A stretch of 64,000 bases of DNA, taken from assembly GCA_002633005.1 (NCBI GenBank), contig NMRA01000114.1, positions 522,835 through 586,834 of the forward strand, in the 5' to 3' direction. Of this stretch, positions 39,201-50,654 are shown piece after piece. The position numbers and the translations under genes were made by a program. This DNA is from Phoronis australis. Its lineage: Eukaryota; Animalia; Phoronida. The notes below the pieces were generated by a model that was not told the origin of the DNA, did no database searches, and saw only the letters and a program-made list of their open reading frames with translations. Within the stretch, counting starts at the first letter, position 1. Each line of letters begins with the position of its first letter.

Positions 39201-40711
39201 AGGGTAATTTCGGATAAAAAATAACTTCCAAAATTCATCTTTTAGTTACGAATGCCCACAATTTATAAATAGCACAATCTCACGGTAGTTGTGGAGAGAA
39301 ATTAAGAATGACAAACAATTTCTTTAGTTATACTAATATCTTTTTAAAAAAAAGAAACAATAAATTTTCCCTTTGTGTCCCAAGTTGGCAAATTTTTCCG
39401 GAGGAATATATAACAACTTGAGGCAGCATAAGTGAGACACCATTGATGTAACAGAAGATCAACACAATTGACCTGGTTGCACTATGAACATACACAGCTG
39501 CCATGGGGATGATATTAACCTCGAGGACATGCATCACTATGAACAAATCATAAGACAAAAGTAAAAAATACGCAGTAGTCAGTTAATCTGAGGTTGTATT
39601 ACTGCTAGCGACTGGTCCAAGTTGCCTTACTCCAGCATTTCATAAGACGCAATGCAAAACATTTGATGGAAAGATTTGTAAACATCACGTCATGATTTCC
39701 TTAAACAGTATTTTCACATTTAAACCAGAAACCAATTTGTGAAAACCTTAACAATTTTACTTTGCTGACCTAGAAAAACTAATCGGTCAAATGGCAAAAC
39801 AAGTCACATGACCACTGAACCTGGCATTTTCGCAAAGAAAGTTCATTGGAGAATGAAATCGTGTTCAATTTTGTGTAAAGTTGGTACTCATTTTTTGCAT
39901 TTGTGGCATAATGATTGGTCAAACTTGCCAGCTGCGACAGTGTTTTTGCATTATTATGGAGCAAACATTCGAAGCTTTATAAACATGGGGGCAACATTCA
40001 AACCCCTGCTACACCCTCCTCCGAGGAGGTTGGGAATAGGATTGGATGCAAAAAATAATAGACACAGTTCAATGACCGAAACTTCAGAAAATCCATATTG
40101 AACGATCTGAGAGCTTATACAGCACTAGGCACCTTGCACTCATTACTATTAAACAATAATTAACAAAATTGCGAATTTCCTTTATTTTAAAGGTTTACTA
40201 CCTTCCTGCCCTAATAACAAATTTACCAAACATTGTCGGAAATGAGTCCCTTTTTACACCTAACCAGCGCCGCATCATCCATCATGCTAACTAGAGCCCT
40301 GATGCATCATAGATTACCAGTAGCGTAGAAACTTCGACTTGAGCTCGTCTCGCCCTGTGCCGAAGGTCACAACATGTGATGAAGCTGTGAATCTTTTATT
40401 GGGTAGTATGCACGCACAATACAAATACTGCTTCATAAAGAGCACACCAAAAGAGTAGTAATATCCCAGAACACATATCTGCCATCTTTTTCGTAACAAA
40501 ATTAATTTCACAACAAATTCATCCAAACCTGTTGCTTTGTTGTGAATTTTTGGGGTTTTGTTAGTCCATGTGGTAGAGATCATACTTAAGGTCTGATTGA
40601 CATGAAATTAACGAAGGATACATAACCCATCATAATAACACAGTACAGTACAGTACAAAGACAGGAATCCCCATTGCTTTTTTGTCATGATTATACCCAA
40701 GATGGCAGATG
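36243..40711. repeat. Direct duplication (about 36243-38738 vs about 39062-40711); likely uncollapsed haplotypes differing by a HINE insertion
   Basis: The copies flank gap 38739-39061 and are colinear except for 37080-37913 and small indels. Confidence 0.85.
37080..37913 (+). mobile_element. Helentron-associated non-autonomous element (HINE/DINE-1-like), polymorphic
   Basis: Inserted into a T-run with no TSD (empty site CTCATTTTTTGCAT at 39887-39900). It has a 5' subterminal ATGTGCCCAC with a nearby inverted copy GTGGACGCAT, a GTCY microsatellite, about 140-bp internal repeats, and a 3' GTGGGCGCAT followed by hairpin CAACACTCAGCGTTG and CTCTTG. Confidence 0.8.
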
Positions 40712-42597
40712 TCAGTCATTTTGTTTTAAAAAATCACACACCTAGAATAGCCAAGTTGCAAGAGAATATAAAAACACACGACTTGGGATTTTTTGGGTCC
40801 AGATCAAAGATGATGATTCGTTTCGATTGCGTAACGACCAAAGATTTAATTTGAATTTCATCTGCGTTATTCGCCCAATTCAAGTCCAACAATTTTAGGT
40901 GATGCAATTTTGTTTGATTTTATTTGTCGGTTTCGGCATTGCCGTTGTTGTTAGGGTAATCCTTGGAAACGTTGTCAGTGCTATTTGAATCGTCCTTGTC
41001 CTCATTTATTCGATTGATTTCACCAAGGCTCTTCAGGCATTTCCATTTGTATTTTACTCATTCATTGGATCCTTGATGAGGAATAAACACCAAATAAGTA
41101 TACATAAACCATGAATGGTCTGCTGTCAAAAACAACTTTCTTCACAGTGGTATTTATTCTTCAAAAGAAACATTATCAGGTTTTTATCCTATGTTTGAGT
41201 TCAAGTTGATTACAATAAAGCAACTGAAAGTTCGTTGACGGTTAAAATGTACCCAGCGAGACAGCCAACTAAATGAGCCTGCATTGAAGCAGTAACACAC
41301 TGTCAGTCTTTCTCAACCTTACAAATAATTTCCACCACAGTAGGGAACAAGATGAGTTCAATTTTAAAATGGTACCGGGGGGGGGGGGCCCCGGGCTAAA
41401 TGAAAGTTTATTAAACCCTTACAATACGCATCAACGCATCATTGATAATTGTTAAGAGTGCACTGCCAGATAACCTGACTACCAATATGGATATAACACA
41501 CTGTTCACAACAAAGTGGTTATAACTTATAAATCGCTTTAAGGTAATAACTGTCCACCCAGGGTAATTCAGTCTAAACATTTCAAAACTGATTTTAAAGT
41601 TATAACTGTTACGTAGGTATAATGGTCTATGAGGTTGATTTAGCGAAAGCCGAGAGGTTATAGGCCTACAGTAACCATTGTGTGTTATAATCCTGTAGGT
41701 GGCGCTGCTGTCAAATCCCTTTGGAGTTCAATGGTGCACCCAGGCATGAACTCAGGTGAATCAGAAGTTGACTACTAGCAACTGAAACCACAAACTAGAG
41801 TTACAACACAGTTAACTGTCATTGTGAAGAGTAACAATTACATAAAACTTACAAATACAGAGTGAGTTACAGCAGAGGTTAAGTTGGTCTGCAAACGCTG
41901 CATGACAATATTCCACACCGCGCTAATTAGGTCAAGCATACAATGCTAATTAGGTCAAGCATACAGCGCTAATTACATCAACCTGAAGCCACAAATTTGA
42001 AACTGGTCCACCGTGTTATCACGTGTAAACAGGAATATAAATTCACTACATTAAAAGAACCAAAACAAGGCGTTCAACCCCAAAACACGGACTAAAACAA
42101 TTATTTTCAAACATAGCACTGTATGGGCTTTAGCAGTATAAAGTGCTTTTCACACGCAGGCTTACCCAAGAATAAGTTACTCCTGGAACGAATTGTCGCT
42201 AGATTTGGGGGCTGTCTGGACGCTATTGAAACTAATGCAATTTGCCCCAATTGTGAAAACTTGCCCCACCTTTACAAAGATAGGGTAGCTTGTTCTATAG
42301 TAGCTTGCGCAACTTTTAATTGCTGTGTGGCCGCAAACCTGAAGCAAGGCAGAAGTAATTACTAGCTGTGTGCTTGCACTGTTGCATATATGCCAGTCTT
42401 CTTTGTATCGTATTCGCATCAGGTGTTCACTATTTTGCGTAGAACCACAACTGCCGCCATACACTAGTACGGTAATCAGATATATATGTGCGGATGCTCC
42501 GCTTTAAGCGGGGCAAGTTGCACAAGTACAACTTATTAGTAAATCTGTGTGTGTATAGGATTTCATCTGTGTGCTCTAGAACTTGGAGATTGCAGAT

Positions 42598-44148
42598 TTA
42601 ATCAGACATCTCCTGAGACAGTTCATCTTCATTAATAATTGTTTGTGCATCTGGCGAGGTAAAATCCTTAATAGCTTGATCCTTAGTTTCAATTGGCAAC
42701 AGTACAGCCATGATGGCCGCCAAAAACCCCACGAAAGCGTAGACACCAACGGTAGCGTAAACAGATTTCTGGAGCAGCACCTGAGCAATAAATGGCGTAA
42801 TGACCCCACCAACACGGGCTGCTGAGCTGCTGCTGCCGAGACCAAGTGCCCTGACAGCAGTAGGGTACACTTCTAGTGTATAGAGGTACGTAACTTGAAA
42901 TATGCTCGAACAAAACATACGGATGACGAGTGAAAATCCTGTGACGGCAGCTTTTGAGATACACGTGGCAAGCAAGCCTGTGAAGAGTGTGAATGACGAA
43001 TACAGGACAAACAGCGTGATTCGTCGAGACAGAAACTTGACCCAGAAAAATGAGTTCGGAATAGCGGCGAATTCTGCAAGTGTTACTACAAGCAAACGAG
43101 TATAGTCATGAGTGTCGAGTACCTTACATTCTAATGAACATGCCACGAGTGTTCTGTGTTGTCCCTTGGTTGGACAGCCAGTGGAAGTCTTAAGTAGCTC
43201 TGTTGTAAGTAGACTGATTCCGTAATAAGAGAAGGCTGCAGCAAACCAGATGTACCACAGAGTCATAGTTGTTCGTCTTAGTTCCGGTTTGAACAAGTCG
43301 GAGAACCGACCTGGTTTCTCGGAATTAACTTGAGAAGACGGCACAAACAACTTGCCTTCTGGCAAGGGTTTGTTGTTGTGGCGGGACATCATTTCCAGTG
43401 TTTTCATAGCTTTCTTGACTTGTCCTGTTGTCACGTGATAGCGGATGCTCTCTGGAAGGAACTTCCAAATGATGAAGGTAGATATCACCAACGGCAACGC
43501 GCATAAAATGAGTTGCCATCGCCAGCCAAGAGAAGGCATGACGACAACTGCAACGGCAATGACAGAAAACGTACCCAAAGCCCAGAAAAAGTGCATCACC
43601 AAAAGATTGTTGACACGTGATGGAGTCGTGGTGAATTCTACTTGCATCGTCGATGTCTGCGATCCACCGATGAAAGCGAAACCCACAATGCCTCTGAGCA
43701 CATATATCCAATATATCGATGGCGAGAAGGCACTGAGAAATCCGAAGTAAAACGTGATGACAAAACTGACCAGAACACCTCTCTTTCGGCCATATCTATC
43801 ACAAATCCAGCCCCAGGAAGCGGCCCCAATCATCATTCCGATGAAAACGAAGGTCGTCACAAGTGCCTGTTCGCTGCTAGAGACCCCCCAGCCACAGTGC
43901 AGAGCTGGTGACAGTATAGTCAATAGCATCATCTCCATAGCCTCCGTCACGCTCCCTAGGCCACAGATGGCAGACACCCACAATTGAAACTTGCCCCAGC
44001 CCACAGCATTCATTGCATCTTCTATTGTGTACTTTTTACGTTTTTTCCGCGGTTTCCCATCGATAGCTTGGTAGTTGCTGAGAGAAGCACCATTAGTGAT
44101 TTTGTCTACAGACATCTCAGCACATTCTTCTGCGTTACTCATCTCCAT
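42598..44148 (-). CDS. SVOP-like (synaptic vesicle 2-related) MFS transporter, copy A, intronless CDS, 516 aa
   Basis: Uninterrupted ORF with YTIEDAMNAVGWGKFQ, EAMEMMLLTILSPALHCGW, MFS motif A (GWICDRYGRK), LGWRW, LPES, a Cys-containing loop after TM7, and EVYPTAVRALGLG...ARVGGVITPFIAQV...LLPIETK. Confidence 0.9.
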   Translation of the reverse strand: MEMSNAEECAEMSVDKITNGASLSNYQAIDGKPRKKRKKYTIEDAMNAVGWGKFQLWVSAICGLGSVTEAMEMMLLTILSPALHCGWGVSSSEQALVTTFVFIGMMIGAASWGWICDRYGRKRGVLVSFVITFYFGFLSAFSPSIYWIYVLRGIVGFAFIGGSQTSTMQVEFTTTPSRVNNLLVMHFFWALGTFSVIAVAVVVMPSLGWRWQLILCALPLVISTFIIWKFLPESIRYHVTTGQVKKAMKTLEMMSRHNNKPLPEGKLFVPSSQVNSEKPGRFSDLFKPELRRTTMTLWYIWFAAAFSYYGISLLTTELLKTSTGCPTKGQHRTLVACSLECKVLDTHDYTRLLVVTLAEFAAIPNSFFWVKFLSRRITLFVLYSSFTLFTGLLATCISKAAVTGFSLVIRMFCSSIFQVTYLYTLEVYPTAVRALGLGSSSSAARVGGVITPFIAQVLLQKSVYATVGVYAFVGFLAAIMAVLLPIETKDQAIKDFTSPDAQTIINEDELSQEMSD

Positions 44149-45368
44149 GGTCTTTGTTAGGGACGCAAACTATCAAAAACTTTATGATCCTGGTAATTAT
44201 GTAGAATTACTCACAATTTATGATTAAACATGCAGGTTATCTGCATATTGTGGCATCTTATAAGTTTGATATTTCCAGCCAAATGACATGCGACGAGTGA
44301 ACTATCGAAATACGGAGAAGACAAACGACCGATAATTGTAAGTCCTGTAGAAAGCAGTGATTTTTCACCAATTTCCTGCATTGGTTTATCACAACCAGTT
44401 TGAAAGAAAATGGTAAACGTTTCCACTACCAGCACCTCAATCACATAAACACAATGTCATAGCATTAAAAAGCTACAGGTTAAAACGTAAACCTGCAAAG
44501 TTGTTCGGTGAAAGCACCCANAAGCGAAACCCACAATGCCTCTGAGCACATATATCCAATATATCGATGGCGAGAAGGCACTGAGAAATCCGAAGTAAAA
44601 CGTGATGACAAAACTGACCAGAACACCTCTCTTTCGGCCATATCTATCACAAATCCAGCCCCAGGAAGCGGCCCCAATCATCATTCCGATGAAAACGAAG
44701 GTCGTCACAAGTGCCTGTTCGCTGCTAGAGACCCCCCAGCCACAGTGCAGAGCTGGTGACAGTATAGTCAATAGCATCATCTCCATAGCCTCCGTCACGC
44801 TCCCTAGGCCACAGATGGCAGACACCCACAATTGAAACTTGCCCCAGCCCACAGCATTCATTGCATCTTCTATTGTGTACTTTTTACGTTTTTTCCGCGG
44901 TTTCCCATCGATAGCTTGGTAGTTGCTGAGAGAAGCACCATTAGTGATTTTGTCTACAGACATCTCAGCACATTCTTCTGCGTTACTCATCTCCATGGTC
45001 TTTGTTAGGGACGCAAACTATCAAAAACTTTATGATCCTGGTAATTATGTAGAATTACTCACAATTTATGATTAAACATGCAGGTTATCTGCATATTGTG
45101 GCATCTTATAAGTTTGATATTTCCAGCCAAATGACATGCGACGAGTGAACTATCGAAATACGGAGAAGACAAACGACCGATAATTGTAAGTCCTGTAGAA
45201 AGCAGTGATTTTTCACCAATTTCCTGCATTGGTTTATCACAACCAGTTTGAAAGAAAATGGTAAACGTTTCCACTACCAGCACCTCAATCACATAAACAC
45301 AATGTCATAGCATTAAAAAGCTACAGGTTAAAACGTAAACCTGCAAAGTTGTTCGGTGAAAGCACCCA
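43674..45368. repeat. Apparently identical 847-bp duplication (43674-44520 vs 44522-45368) around a single N; assembly overlap artefact
   Basis: No differences seen between the copies. They are joined by one N at 44521, which creates the truncated ORF 44457-44996. Confidence 0.9.
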
Positions 45369-46072
45369 CAATGCAGCACTGACCAAGCACGCAGTAAACA
45401 AAAATCCATCACAACTTTCTTCCAATTCCAGGGATCCCATTACCCAAACATATGGTAGTCCTTTCACAAAAAACCTGGACAGCAGCTAAGCATTTATGCT
45501 CGAGTCACGAATCTAGTATAAATACCTTTGAATACTAAGAGCAAATATCCATTCTTATGTAAAATCAATAAGTCAAGAGACAACAGCTGCTTTTTACAGA
45601 CTGGTAACACTTTGGCTCACCACAACAGACACATTTTGCATATGAACTCCATTAATCACAGTCACAAGGTCAAATGAATGTCCCATCTATAGAAAAAAAT
45701 GTTTCTAGAATTTGGAACAAGCTCCAACCTAGAGCAGAATACTAGATGGTAATACCTCACTTTTGTAGAGCCACCGAATTTCGCCCCAGGTGTTCTGGTC
45801 GCCTGTTGAAATACCGTAATAGTAGTGGAGGATTTCGGTCTTACAAAAAGCTTTTGACGTACAACAAAATAATCCTTTGAAATACAATTGTAAGAGAACC
45901 AGTTTTATATAGAGGTTGTCTATTAGAGATTCAGAGATTTTATCAGGATAGAAATTATACTTCATTAATTAGATAATGCAAATGTTAAAAATAATAGGGA
46001 TAACTAGAGGTATACTATAACAATGCACACAGCAATGACTCTGTGCAGGGAGTATTTCCTTGTTTAGTAAAA

Positions 46073-46545
46073 ATAAATATACGTAAATAAAACAACAAAA
46101 ATGGATCACTCAGAAATTTTCGGATATAATAGGTAATCACTTCAATTCCAAAAAAACCTAATCTACAAGATCTTTCTGTACAAATTATAGAGAAACTCCA
46201 ATACGCTAGTATCAATCACAAACTCAAAAGAGAACAGTTCTGGATAAATAAGCTCAACACACTTGAACCTAATGGATTGAACATAAAGACTTCTTAAATT
46301 ATATCCTTTACTTTTTACTGCAAGAATGTATCATGCTCATTACGCCATATATCAGATATCAATTGTCACATAGTGTTTGATTTTACTTTATTTCTATTTC
46401 TGTTGATGAAGGATGTTATTATATCTGAAAATTTTAGTGATCCATTTTTGTTGTTTTATTTACGTATATTTATTCTACTTTTCGACACACAAGTGTATCC
46501 TTAAGAGGATCTGGATCGCCTCTTTTAGTTTGAGATTTATTTCTA
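46073..46545 (+). mobile_element. 5'-truncated Penelope-like retroelement: GIY-YIG C-terminus, pLTR, inverted pLTR piece and 15-bp TSD
   Basis: 46129-46297 reads IGNHFNSKK/PNLQDLSVQIIEKL...KLKREQFWINKLNTLEPNGLNI* with one frameshift in an A-run. This is a typical GIY-YIG endonuclease tail of Penelope-like elements. 46072-46131 is the inverse of about 46417-46474. CCTTGTTTAGTAAAA flanks both ends (46058-46072, 46546-46560). Confidence 0.85.
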
Positions 46546-47123
46546 CCTTGTTTAGTAAAACGTCCTTTTGATGTTTCAGACACAGTCAAACAACATTAAA
46601 ATGTAAAAAATGAAAAGAATAATAATTAGTTCAACTTTACGTAGTGCTGTGATACTAAGCACTCTGCAAATTATTACCTGACTATCGACCCAGCCAATCT
46701 TAATCCTTCTCAACTCCCCTGCAGCATACAATGGGAGCAACCATCGTCAGAGCAAACCAATGAAACCAAACACATAATTTTACCCAAGTTTAAGAGGTAA
46801 ATTGTGATTACCTAAATCAGAAAAATATCCCAAGGTCTGCAAATTTTTTGAAAACGTGTTGTAACTGCATTTGTATTCCTATTTATGGGTTGAAATCGTG
46901 GCATAATGGTAGTAGATGCGTTATCAAAAAATATAAAAATTGCATTACAACATTCTGCACCGGTGGCTTTGCCAAGAAGCAGTATACAAGAAATCAGAAG
47001 AATTTTATGTCTTAATTGGCTTCAAATGAAAACTTTCATATGGGCTAATTTAAGAGACCTCTAAGCCTTATCATGATATTCAGTTGCTAGGAGGAATTAA
47101 TGGTAACAAAGGAATTTCACAGC

Positions 47124-47350
47124 AAACTGACTTAGCTAAGACAAAACTTAAATTTCAGCCAATTTTAAGATAAAACTTAGCGTCTCAAGTCAGTTTCAAG
47201 AAAGAGATCTTAAGTTTGACTTATGCTTTGTCTCAATTTTGCTGGACTAACTTACCGGAGGTGGAAGTTTCAAAGTTTGGAAGTTGCAACAAATCTTAGA
47301 CTTAAGTCAAAAATGAACTTACGGTAAGTCAGTTTCTTGGAATGGACCCA
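47124..47350 (+). mobile_element. Second, diverged copy of the 19325-19575 MITE family
   Basis: Shares AAACTGACTTAGCTAAGACAAA, GGAAGTTTCAAAGT, AAGTCAAAAATGAACTTA and the right end TAAGTCAGTTTCTTGGAATGGACCC. The left tip is missing. Confidence 0.8.
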
Positions 47351-48632
47351 AGGACTACGAGACTGTCAATGTTGTATTGAGGATTGATTATCAACAAACA
47401 AAACTGCGCTGGAGCTGAGGTCAGTTTTCATGAAAAGAAAATCCCCGGTAATATGTATTACTATTTTTTGTTTTTGTGCATGGGAATGATTGAGTAGCAT
47501 TCTGTTGACCCACACCCACATTCTGAAAGATTGGCGGTTTGTCCTTGGGGGTGGGGGTAGGGGGTAAACCTTCGCATAGGAAAGATTGCTCTTGGTTAAC
47601 CGGGTATTACGTTCACCATCGAGAACACAAGCACATCGGTGTTCTAAGTAGGCCTAAATGAAATTAGATTAATTCTACAAACCACGTCATTCTGAAGGAA
47701 ACAAACTTAGTAGGAGAAACCCCAAATCTCACAAATATTTTGAAGATTATGTAAACTTATACTTTTAACATAAAACTATAAGTAAAAGTAATCAACATAA
47801 ATAATCTCACGACTCCCCAATAATTGCCTAAATTCCCCCCTTTTCATATTTGAAGGGGTTCTAACATTGTTTTGAATGATTTTTCAGGACTGTTGGACAT
47901 TATTGGTAAATTGAAGACATTACTGTAGAATTTTAAAACTGCAGATAAGGCTATGCTTTTTGCATATGTACACGTTCATGGACTGGGCGGTTATTTTAGC
48001 AAAGTCTGAAAACGAGTGGGGGGTGCTGCATAGGGGTATGGGCGCTTATTAGGACGAATGTTATTATTTATAAAATGATTTTGGCTAAAATGACATTGTA
48101 CATTACAATAAGAAATCAGTTCTAAGAAATATGGTATTTCACTTGCTGTTATCAGACCGGTCTTCTGCCTTCCCCCTTTTCGTCGTTTTGGAGTAGTCCG
48201 AAAATTCCTTTGTGAATGACCACACACTGTGATCTTTTGTCTAGTCGAATCGCGTAACGGGTGACATCTACTGAATCAATAGGATTGCACTGCTCCGATG
48301 TTTTTTACTGCTGGAGCATCAACACGCTGACCAAACTGAACCTTAAATTCATGACAAAAACAGACCAAGGAGGAGAAAGTTTATTCATGTTCATCTGGGA
48401 AACGGTATAGTGCTTTTGCGCTCTGAAAGTTCGCTCGCCACCTGGACAACTGACAAGTCAAACCTCTACTCGCCTAGCACCAGGTTGAAATAGCAAACAT
48501 GGTTGAGGCATGTATGGGTTATATTGACCGAAAACAAATTTTCACCGAACAATTAATCGAAGACTGGGCCTTTCACTCGTCCCAGTTTAATTGGCATTTT
48601 CTCGGCTTCAGCAAATGGACTTTATTTGAACT

Positions 48633-48957
48633 TAGGTACACGAGTTCTCGAAAACAACTTGGTGGATTTTGCTGAAACTTTCCAAACTTAATATTAAATA
48701 TTAATTCATCGATTTCAAAAACGCTGTTAGAATTTTCGATATAAAGGCCTAGTTTTTGCGTAATGTGATAAAGACAAATACAACTTCTATTTTTTACAAA
48801 AATACCTTACATTGTGTGAGATGATTTGTCAAAGAATCCTAACAAAAAAGTAATCGAAAATTCCTAACACCATTCTTGAGGTAATTGGTGAAATTTTCAT
48901 TTAAAAACAGTTTTATTAAAATCGACCGAGGGGTTATTTTGCTTTGCATGTACCTTT
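48633..48957. mobile_element. Possible degenerate MITE with AGGTACA...TGTACCT ends (Kolobok-like)
   Basis: Short terminal inverted match plus weak internal inverted similarity (GGTGGATTTT / AAAATCGACC). Confidence 0.35.
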
Positions 48958-50054
48958 CTTAAAAATGAAATTTTGACTTAAAAAGGTGTTAACGTAATAA
49001 CAATAATAGTACATAAATACAAAACATATTTTCATATTCCCTAGTCTAGTTGACAAAGCTTATTGCTTTGATAGAGAGTTAGAATGGAGGCTACTAAATA
49101 AGGTTTGAGAAAACTTCAGCGCATCCATCTCTGTGTTAAGCTCCCACCCACAATTTCCAGGTTTACTAATTTAAACGACCAGGCTGTTAACCCAAATGTT
49201 TATGGTAGTCAAATGTTGGTACACCTGCACCTTAAGCAATATTATTAAAATGGAATAAAATCTGAGGGTATGTTCTCGTGAATAAGGGACTTGAACCAGT
49301 TTAAGATGTAAATTAATATACTGGCTACAAGGTATAATTCAATACAGTGTAGTGCAGCAGGATGCTATTAAAATGTGCGAGACAATCTCACTGCTGGTGC
49401 TGAAGACAATACGTTTCCGACAGAATACGTTAACCAATAAATACCAACCAAATTAATGAAAATATATTCAGTAGCTGAGGAAAAATTCCAAACATCCCCT
49501 TTTGCAAATTTCTGTGTAGGAGTTCAGAAAACGTCAACTTTCAACATGAATTGTGTGTTTTGATATCAAGTAAAGTAAACTGTTCGTAGTATTAGGATGG
49601 TGAAGATTTGTTGAAAATGTTAAAAAGATATTGACATGACATGATCTAAGGTGAACGCTTGCCCGTAACTGACCACATGAAGAGTAATGCATTAGTTATT
49701 TTTCTTAATGAGGGGACAGTCCCCTAGCACCAATTCCATCTCTCATCCCAAACAGCCTCCCAATTCCACCCGCATATCCTAAACTATCATGGTACGGAAA
49801 GAGTATGAGACAATTTTTGTGGTTGAGTCACCTAGTTTATGACAACACGTTTTATGGCGTAAGGAAATGCCACTTTGAAGCAGCAACAAGCTGTAGGTGT
49901 ATATCTAGTAGGGGTCCAGGGTATCCAAATAGACACCCTAACTCAAACCCTGTTGAGCATTTAGTCGCAAGAAAGCACCTGAATCACTTTTAAAGAAACT
50001 ACAAACCTTACACTCGCTCCATCCAAGAAGAAAACTTAAAATTAGTTCACTTAC

Positions 50055-50262
50055 CTCAATAAAATTGGTCTCTACTTGTTTCTTAATCAGACGGGGAAAC
50101 AATTTCTGAGTTTGCAAAGCACTGAACGCTCATTCCTTGAGACCATGATTCGCACATAAAATGGCAAACCATGACGAGCTAACTTGTTGACTGGTCTAAA
50201 GTAAACAGTATCCATGGTTCTGTTGAGGCTCTGAAGTCACCTCACATTTGACTAAGGAACAA
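50055..50262 (-). promoter_or_regulatory. Candidate promoter and 5' leader exon for SVOP-like copy A, with a short uORF (50146-50087)
   Basis: GAG|GTAAGTGA donor at 50055/50054, a YY1-like GCCATTTT motif, and homology to 35033-35215. Confidence 0.5.
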
Positions 50263-50654
50263 CACAAGACCAATTTCATGACTGTGAGTGGCCTAAATCA
50301 AAATGTGGCTTTGTTGCGGAACACATCAATTCATAGGTATTTGAGGTCTGTTTCATGAAAGAGACTGACTTAATACTCAAGACAGAAATTTGGTTTTAGG
50401 ATGCCACTTCACAAATGCTGAATAAAGGTCTAGCAATAACTTTTGTAATCTCAGAAATTACATAGCAGTTGTGTGTACTTCTGTTCCAATGACATTTAAA
50501 TATTTTTCAGAACTAGTTCTGCGGAGCTTAGTTAAGACCAAATTTCCGTCTTGAGTTGTCAATTAGTCACTTTTCAGGAGTCAGACCCAAGGTTTTACAT
50601 AATTTAGTTTTCATGTTGATCAAATGTACATTACAAATGAAATCACTCCACTAT

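Noticed and set aside
40920-41048. Minus-strand protein-like stretch (KWKCLKSLGEINRINEDKDDSNSTDNVSKDYPNNNGNAETDK*)
   Set aside because: Short, with an in-frame stop just upstream, no convincing start or acceptor, and no recognisable family.
42583-43987. Antisense and alternative-frame ORFs over the SVOP-like and CFAP57 exons
   Set aside because: They are shadows of real coding sequence with no independent motif support.
44457-44996. Third, truncated SVOP-like gene
   Set aside because: It is identical to the 5' part of copy A and is created by the duplication around the single N at 44521, so it is an assembly artefact.
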